A stretch of 24,000 bases of DNA from Flavobacteriales bacterium. GTDB taxonomy: Bacteria; Bacteroidota; Bacteroidia; Flavobacteriales_F; PHOS-HE28. The stretch is taken from the NCBI GenBank assembly GCA_020437805.1, contig JAGQVV010000149.1:10915-34914 (forward strand). Direction: 5' to 3'. The notes under the pieces were generated by a model, which was given only the letters and a program-made list of their open reading frames with translations, was not told the origin of the DNA and made no database searches. Below are positions 16,101-24,000 of the stretch, piece after piece (the first letter of the stretch is position 1; each line of letters starts with the position of its first letter). A program made the position numbers and the translations under genes.

Positions 16101-17048
16101 TTGGCCACGCGATCACCACATATCTCCACGAACGACACTTTGGTCGTGCAAGGTGTGGTCCTACGCACCTTGGCCTACTTTGATGTGTTCAGGCATCCGC
16201 TCACGCTAGAGGAATTGTGTCGATTCGGACCGGGTTCCACCGTATCACGGGAAGAACTTCGTTCGATATTGGAGGAGTTGGAGGGCAACGGGTCCATAGG
16301 CCACCATGCGGGCTACTACGGCCTCAAGAACGTCCGGGCATCCGCCGCGGAACGGGAGCGTTCAGAGGCTCTTGCGATCTCGCGAATGCCAACGGCCTTG
16401 AAGATGTCCCGAAAGATCGCCAGAACACCGTTCATCCGAGCGGTCTTCATCAGTGGCAGCATGAGCAAAGGACGATCGGAGAAGCACGGGGATATCGACT
16501 ATTTCATTATCACCGTTCCTGGCAGGCTTTGGGTGGCACGCACGATCCTTGTCCTGTACAAGAAGCTGTTCCTGTTCAATAGCCACAAGGATTTCTGCGT
16601 GAACTACTTCCTGGACACGGAGCATCTTACCGTTGAGGATCGCAATCGCTTCACCGCGACCGAAGTGGTGACCCTGCTCCCGACATATGGCAATGGCACC
16701 ACCGAAGCATTCTTCGCCCAGAATGCGTGGGCGTTCAAGATGTATCCTGGTGCACGTCCCACGCCAAGCGTCGAAGTTCCGATCGGGAATGGTGGATGGA
16801 AATACCGCGTGGAGCGATGGTTGGGTGGTGGGATCGGCGATGTTCTGGACTCTTGGTGCATGAACCTGACCTGGCGCCGGTGGCGAAGGAAGTTCGGACA
16901 CCTTGATGCCAGGACCTTCGAGCTTGCGTTACGCACTCGTACCTACGTCAGCAAGCATCACCCACGGAACTTCCAGGACCGAGTGCTCAACGGTTACATG
17001 GACCGGGTGTTCGCCTTGGAAAAGGAGCTCGGTCATCAACTATCCTGA
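16101..17048 (+). CDS. Nucleotidyltransferase-fold (Pol-beta superfamily) protein, function unknown
   Basis: The motif ISGSMSKGRSEKHGDIDYFII (16455-16499) fits the hG[GS]-x9-13-D-x-D NTase signature. There is no in-frame ATG near the 5' end, so start candidates are TTG 16101, TTG 16140 and GTG 16146. Confidence 0.6.
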   Translation: MATRSPHISTNDTLVVQGVVLRTLAYFDVFRHPLTLEELCRFGPGSTVSREELRSILEELEGNGSIGHHAGYYGLKNVRASAAERERSEALAISRMPTALKMSRKIARTPFIRAVFISGSMSKGRSEKHGDIDYFIITVPGRLWVARTILVLYKKLFLFNSHKDFCVNYFLDTEHLTVEDRNRFTATEVVTLLPTYGNGTTEAFFAQNAWAFKMYPGARPTPSVEVPIGNGGWKYRVERWLGGGIGDVLDSWCMNLTWRRWRRKFGHLDARTFELALRTRTYVSKHHPRNFQDRVLNGYMDRVFALEKELGHQLS

Positions 17049-17050
17049 TC

Positions 17051-18508
17051 ATGGCCCGCGTACTCCTTACGCACAGCTATCTGTACCGATCGGACCCCAA
17101 GCAATGGGCGGACCAACGCCCCTACCCTCCTTTGGGTACGCTGCTTGCAGCGGCGGTACTTCGGGACGCCGGTCATGATGTGCGTGTCTTCGACACCGGC
17201 TTGTGCCGGTCCTCGAAAGAGCTTGATCCGGTCCTGCTCACTTGGGAACCCGAGGTCCTTGTAATACACGATGACGGTTTCAACTACCTCACCAAGATGT
17301 GCCTGACGGTCATGCGTGAGGCGGCTTTCCGAATGATCCAGGCAGGTCGCTCCAGCGAGTGCTTCATTGTGGTCAACAGTTCGGATGCCACTGATCACTT
17401 CGCTGACTATCTGAGGGCCGGAGCCGATGCTGTGATCCTTGGTGAAAGCGAAATGACCTTGAAGGAAATGCTAGACCGATGGTCCGGACGATCGCGATGG
17501 CAGGAGGTTCACGGGATCGCATGGCTTGAAGGTGACGATGTGATCAGGACCGCTCCGAGACCGGTCATGCGCGATCTTGACTCGCTGCCCTTGCCGGCAT
17601 GGGACCTGATCGACCTGGAGCCCTACCGCGTGATATGGGAGCGATCACAAGGCATCTTCTCCCTCAATATGGCCACCACGAGGGGCTGCCCGTTCAAGTG
17701 CAATTGGTGCGCAAAGCCCATATACGGGAACCGTTACAACAGCCGCACACCGGAACATGTGGTCCAGGAGATCGAACTCCTGCTAAAGGATCATGGACCG
17801 GGGCACATCTGGTTCGCGGACGACATATTCGGTTTGAAACCGGGATGGGTACAGCGCTTCCGTGAGGTGCTCGAAGACCGGGGTGTGACCATCCGGTACA
17901 AGATCCAAAGCCGTGTGGACCTCTTGTTGGAGAACGACACGATCGATGCACTGGTCGATTCCGGACTGGAAGAGGTTTGGGTCGGAGCGGAAAGTGGCAG
18001 CCAGCGGATCCTTGATGCCATGGACAAAGGCATACGTGTGGAACAGATCCATGAAGCCACCGATCTACTGCGCTCCAAGGGGGTTCGTGTATGTTTCTTT
18101 CTCCAGTTCGGCTACCTCGACGAGACCGAGGAGGATGTGGAGAGCACGATCCGTATGGTGGAAGAGCTGTTACCGGATGATATCGGTGTTTCCATATCGT
18201 ACCCACTTCCCGGCACCCGGTTCCATGAAAAGGTCAAAGCGGACCTGGTGGATAAGGCCAATTGGACCGATAGTGATGACCTCGCCATGATGTTCAGGAA
18301 CCGACATCGACCCGCATACTACAAAAAGCTGCATCGCTATGTCCACAAACGTTATCGGCGTAAACAAGCACTTGCTGCCTTGGCAGGGCTTTCCAGCAAC
18401 CTGAGCTCCGCCACATTGAAACGTTCATTGTCCATGCTGTACTACGTACCGGCCACGATAGCGGAAGGCCATGGTCTCCGAAAAATGGCATCCCACCGCG
18501 CGGAATGA
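17051..18508 (+). CDS. Cobalamin(B12)-binding-domain radical SAM enzyme (class B)
   Basis: 485 aa. The N-terminal domain has YPPLGTLLAAAVLRDAGHDVRVFD, which is B12-binding-domain-like. The radical SAM cluster motif CPFKCNWC (CxxxCxxC) is at 17687-17710. It starts 2 nt after the upstream stop. Confidence 0.9.
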   Translation: MARVLLTHSYLYRSDPKQWADQRPYPPLGTLLAAAVLRDAGHDVRVFDTGLCRSSKELDPVLLTWEPEVLVIHDDGFNYLTKMCLTVMREAAFRMIQAGRSSECFIVVNSSDATDHFADYLRAGADAVILGESEMTLKEMLDRWSGRSRWQEVHGIAWLEGDDVIRTAPRPVMRDLDSLPLPAWDLIDLEPYRVIWERSQGIFSLNMATTRGCPFKCNWCAKPIYGNRYNSRTPEHVVQEIELLLKDHGPGHIWFADDIFGLKPGWVQRFREVLEDRGVTIRYKIQSRVDLLLENDTIDALVDSGLEEVWVGAESGSQRILDAMDKGIRVEQIHEATDLLRSKGVRVCFFLQFGYLDETEEDVESTIRMVEELLPDDIGVSISYPLPGTRFHEKVKADLVDKANWTDSDDLAMMFRNRHRPAYYKKLHRYVHKRYRRKQALAALAGLSSNLSSATLKRSLSMLYYVPATIAEGHGLRKMASHRAE

Positions 18509-19308
18509 GCGTCTTGAGGGAGCAGAATGCGGTCGATGCCTTCTCCAAGCAGGCCGCTGCTTTCGATGGGATCGACGCCGCGAATCCCTTGATCGCATGG
18601 GTGCGGGGTCGCGTCAGGAACATCGCCTTGTCCCACATGCAAGCAGGTGACACCCTCCTTGAATTGAATGCGGGGACCGGTATCGACAGTTACCATTTCG
18701 CATCGCGAGGGATCAGGGTCCTTGCAACGGATGCCGCAGAAGGAATGGTGACCATGATGCAGGCGAAGAAGGATGGAAGACCCGGGCCGCCGGTAGAGGT
18801 GATGCGCTGCTCATTCACCGAATTGAAGCGCTTGGGGGATCGTCGGTTCCAACACGTCTTCAGTAATTTCGGGGGGCTTAATTGCACCGACCGTTTGGAC
18901 CTGGTCCTCCATGGGATCGATCGGGTCCTGCTTCCCGGGGGTACCTGTACGCTGGTGGTCATGCCACCATTCAGTCCGTGGGAAGCCCTAAGCCTGCTGA
19001 AAGGAAACCTCCGACTCGCCACCAGACGCTGGAGTGGGAACGGTACGACCGCCCTAGTGGAGGGCCTTCCCTTTTCGTGCTACTACTACACACCGGGTTT
19101 CATCAAGCGCCATTTGGGGAAAGGATACGTGGTCATTGCCCAACGAGCTCTTTCAGCCTTGGTCCCTCCACCCTATTCTCTTGGATTCACCGAAAAGTGG
19201 CCACGTACCTTCCGGACCCTCTCGTGGCTGGAAGACAAGTTGGCCCACCTTCCATTGGTACGCAATTGGGGGGACCATTTCGTGATCTCCTTGAGAAGGA
19301 TCGCATGA
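18505..19308 (+). CDS. Class I SAM-dependent methyltransferase
   Basis: 267 aa with motif I LLELNAGTGIDS and post-I VLATDAAEGM. ATGA overlap with the radical SAM gene stop. Confidence 0.8.
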   Translation: MSVLREQNAVDAFSKQAAAFDGIDAANPLIAWVRGRVRNIALSHMQAGDTLLELNAGTGIDSYHFASRGIRVLATDAAEGMVTMMQAKKDGRPGPPVEVMRCSFTELKRLGDRRFQHVFSNFGGLNCTDRLDLVLHGIDRVLLPGGTCTLVVMPPFSPWEALSLLKGNLRLATRRWSGNGTTALVEGLPFSCYYYTPGFIKRHLGKGYVVIAQRALSALVPPPYSLGFTEKWPRTFRTLSWLEDKLAHLPLVRNWGDHFVISLRRIA

Positions 19309-20084
19309 ATCCGACCACCGACCACGACTTTCTCAGCACCGCACCTGTCGAGAACGGGGTGTACATCCTGTGCGACCCATCGCCTTTCGAGCAGCTTTAT
19401 GAGAAGGCCCGTTCAACGGAACGGCGGATCCTCAACGACCAGCAGGTGTCCCGATTACCGGATGGGTCGTCCCTGTGGAACGCGGATGAATGGAGGATAC
19501 GCCAACGCAGCGCGGATCGCCTTGTACGCTCACTGAGGACGAATGCGTCCGGTCCACTGGTCCTCGAGATCGGCTGCGGTAATGGATGGTTGAGCGCGAG
19601 GCTTCAGCGAGAGGGCTTCGATGTCGTTGGCATGGACCTGTTCACGCCCGAATTGGAGCAGGCCGCAAGGGTGTTCAATGCCGGCCCACGTTTCGTACGT
19701 GCGGACCTCTTCCATGACTCACTTCCCGAAGGAGGCTTCGATGTGATCTTGTTCGCAGCGAGCATCCAGTACTTCCCTGACCCTGTGCGGGCCATGACCC
19801 GGGCGATCGCGTTGTTGCGAACAGATGGAACCGTACACGTGATGGACTCCATCCTGTACCGTTCCAACGTCGAATGCACTGCCGCAAAGGAGCGCACAAG
19901 AGCGCATTACGAAAGGATCGGTGTACCGGAAATGAGCGCATACTACCATGCCCATACGCTGCATCTCATGCGAAGGGCAGGTCGTCTTCGGGTACTGTCC
20001 GCACCATCCGGGATGGATCGGACCCTGCGGCGCTTCGGTAGAGAGTCGTCCCCGTTCACCCACGTGGTCATCGAAGCTCAGTAA
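19305..20084 (+). CDS. Class I SAM-dependent methyltransferase (second copy, different subfamily)
   Basis: 259 aa starting from the internal ATG at 19305, which forms an ATGA overlap with the preceding stop. It has motif I VLEIGCGNGWLS, then VVGMDL, then ILFAASIQYF. The 400-aa track ORF starting at 18882 is an out-of-frame overlap artefact. Confidence 0.8.
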   Translation: MNPTTDHDFLSTAPVENGVYILCDPSPFEQLYEKARSTERRILNDQQVSRLPDGSSLWNADEWRIRQRSADRLVRSLRTNASGPLVLEIGCGNGWLSARLQREGFDVVGMDLFTPELEQAARVFNAGPRFVRADLFHDSLPEGGFDVILFAASIQYFPDPVRAMTRAIALLRTDGTVHVMDSILYRSNVECTAAKERTRAHYERIGVPEMSAYYHAHTLHLMRRAGRLRVLSAPSGMDRTLRRFGRESSPFTHVVIEAQ

Positions 20085-20683
20085 TGTGCCGTGGTGACCT
20101 TCCCTCCCGGTGTGCGCTGCCCACCCGGATAGAACGCCCCCAACTTCACTTTGGACTCGATCAGGAATTGGGTGATGTCCATAGAAGGGCGCTGTCCGCT
20201 GGCCCGAAGCACCAGTTCCGCTGTGGCCTCAGCATCGTTACCGGCACGGTGATGCTTCAACGGGATCCCATGCATGTCGCACATGGGTTTCAATCCGTAT
20301 GACGGCTTGCCGGGCCAGAGCCTGCGCGCCATGCTTACGCTGCAGAAATACTGGAACGTGGGATGCCTCAGACCGTGCGTGGCCAATGTGCTGCGCAACA
20401 CGGTCATGTCGAAGGCAGCATTGTGCGCAACCACGGTCGCGCCATCCAACAGTTCGGCCACTTCTTCCCAGATGCCATCCCAACGCGGAGCGCCTTCCAC
20501 ATCCTCCGGGCGGATCCCGTGCACGGCCACGTTCCATGGGCTGAAGTACGGCCAATAGCGCGGCTTGATCAACCAGTTGCGGACCTCGCGTACCACCCCT
20601 CCACGAACCACAGCTATGCCCAGTTCGCACGGGCTATCCGCCTGTGAAGTGGCCGTTTCGAAATCCAGTGCGAGGAATTCCAT
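20078..20683 (-). CDS. DEDDh 3'-5' exonuclease (DnaQ/epsilon-like, stand-alone)
   Basis: 201 aa with ExoI LALDFETA, ExoII VVAHNAAFD and ExoIII HHRAGNDAEA. Confidence 0.85.
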   Translation of the reverse strand: MEFLALDFETATSQADSPCELGIAVVRGGVVREVRNWLIKPRYWPYFSPWNVAVHGIRPEDVEGAPRWDGIWEEVAELLDGATVVAHNAAFDMTVLRSTLATHGLRHPTFQYFCSVSMARRLWPGKPSYGLKPMCDMHGIPLKHHRAGNDAEATAELVLRASGQRPSMDITQFLIESKVKLGAFYPGGQRTPGGKVTTAHY

Positions 20684-20723
20684 GGTCCCGTTCCGGCAAT
20701 TCGAGCCTGCCGGGTCAGCGCGC

Positions 20724-21617
20724 CTACAAACTTACCACCTCGGCATCCGCCAAGGCATGATAAAGCTTCTTCGCCGTTCCTTCACTGATGTTCACCAATG
20801 GTAGACGCATGGTATCGTCGCAGATCCCAAGGACCTTGAGCACGTTCTTCACACCACCAGGATTCCCTTCGGCGAACAACAGGTCGATCACTTCGATCAA
20901 GCGCAGGTGCTCGCGACGGGCAGTGTCCAGATCACCTCTCATCGCTGCATGCACCAAGGTGCTGAATTCCTTGGGTAGTGCATTGCCCACCACGCTGATG
21001 ACGCCATCACCTCCCAGTGCGATGATGGGCAAAGTGAGCCCGTCATCACCTGAGATGAGCATGAAATCCTTCGGCTTGTGTTTCAGGATACGACCCATCT
21101 GATCCAGGTTGGCACTCGCCTCCTTGATCGCGATGATGTTCTTGAAGTCCTTGGCGAGACGCAGCGTGGTATCGGCCGTCATGTTGCTCCCGGTCCGACC
21201 AGGGACGTTGTACAGGATGATCGGCCGGAGACTCACCTGCGCAATGGCCTTGTAGTGTTGGTAGATCCCCTCTTGCGTGGGCTTGTTATAGTATGGGCTT
21301 ACGCTAAGGATCGCGTCGACCCCATCCATATCGAACTCTCCGAACGTATCGGCCAGTTCAGCGGTGTTGTTCCCACCGACGCCGAGCACCACGGGAACAC
21401 GGTTACGGACCAGCTCGATAGTGGTGGCGAGCAATTGCTTCTTCTCTTCCTTGTTCAGGGTCACACTTTCACCTGTCGTTCCCATGCTCACCACGTAGTC
21501 CACGCCACCGAGGATCTGATGCTCGAGCAACTTTTCAAGGCCAACGTAGTCGATACCGCCGTTCGGGCGGAAGGGTGTCACCAGTGCGACCCCAAGGCCG
21601 CGGAAACGTTCATACAT
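20724..21617 (-). CDS. dapA: 4-hydroxy-tetrahydrodipicolinate synthase
   Basis: 297 aa with GVALVTPF, MGTTGES, YYNKPTQEG, LYNVPGRTG and the Schiff-base lysine context IAIKEAS. Confidence 0.95.
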   Translation of the reverse strand: MYERFRGLGVALVTPFRPNGGIDYVGLEKLLEHQILGGVDYVVSMGTTGESVTLNKEEKKQLLATTIELVRNRVPVVLGVGGNNTAELADTFGEFDMDGVDAILSVSPYYNKPTQEGIYQHYKAIAQVSLRPIILYNVPGRTGSNMTADTTLRLAKDFKNIIAIKEASANLDQMGRILKHKPKDFMLISGDDGLTLPIIALGGDGVISVVGNALPKEFSTLVHAAMRGDLDTARREHLRLIEVIDLLFAEGNPGGVKNVLKVLGICDDTMRLPLVNISEGTAKKLYHALADAEVVSL

Positions 21618-21644
21618 GGGTCATCGCCGGGATAGGCGTAGGGT

Positions 21645-24000
<2,356 letters not shown>

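Noticed and set aside
16101-17048. The NTase-fold protein as a defence component (CBASS CD-NTase, or the MNT antitoxin of a HEPN-MNT pair)
   Set aside because: There is no adjacent effector, HEPN partner, cyclic-nucleotide sensor, or any mobile or defence-island context. The protein is instead translationally coupled to biosynthetic-type enzymes. At 315 aa, with a long C-terminal extension, it does not look like a minimal MNT.
18882-19304. A 141-codon N-terminal extension that makes the second methyltransferase a 400-aa ORF
   Set aside because: The extension overlaps the first methyltransferase in another frame and translates to Pro, Gly and Arg-rich nonsense. The ATG at 19305 forms a classic ATGA junction and yields a normal methyltransferase of about 259 aa.
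17051-20084. The radical SAM enzyme plus methyltransferases as a RiPP (modified peptide) cluster
   Set aside because: No plausible short precursor-peptide ORF, protease or exporter lies in or next to the cassette. The idea cannot be fully excluded without a small-ORF and RRE-domain search.

Overview
This is a densely coding, visibly GC-rich chromosomal core segment with about 25 CDS and mostly gaps under 130 bp. It looks like Bacteroidota. The evidence is gldF-gldG gliding-motility ABC genes followed by a DUF4340-like gene, exact TAnnTTTG -7 promoter boxes, and no Shine-Dalgarno-like sequence before start codons. Recognisable housekeeping genes are yggS, corA, purC, phoH, dnaN, dapA, ligA (truncated at the window edge), a DnaQ-like exonuclease, a rhomboid protease, a META-domain protein, a TPR protein, and a GT-C-type membrane glycosyltransferase. 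I found no rRNA or tRNA genes, CRISPR array, transposase, integrase, phage genes or long non-coding stretch. Nothing resembles a defence island or mobile element. The best candidate for an undescribed system is a translationally coupled four-gene cassette at 16.1-20.1 kb. It encodes a Pol-beta-type nucleotidyltransferase-fold protein, a cobalamin-binding radical SAM enzyme and two class I SAM methyltransferases, and I cannot assign it to any characterised pathway. Two secondary oddities are at the residue level. A SAM-hydrolase/halogenase-family (DUF62) protein has all three catalytic-triad positions substituted, and the CorA channel reads GTN...LPEL instead of GMN...MPEL. The many long ORFs antisense to real genes are shadow ORFs of a GC-rich genome. 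All family assignments come from motif recognition by eye, with no searches run.
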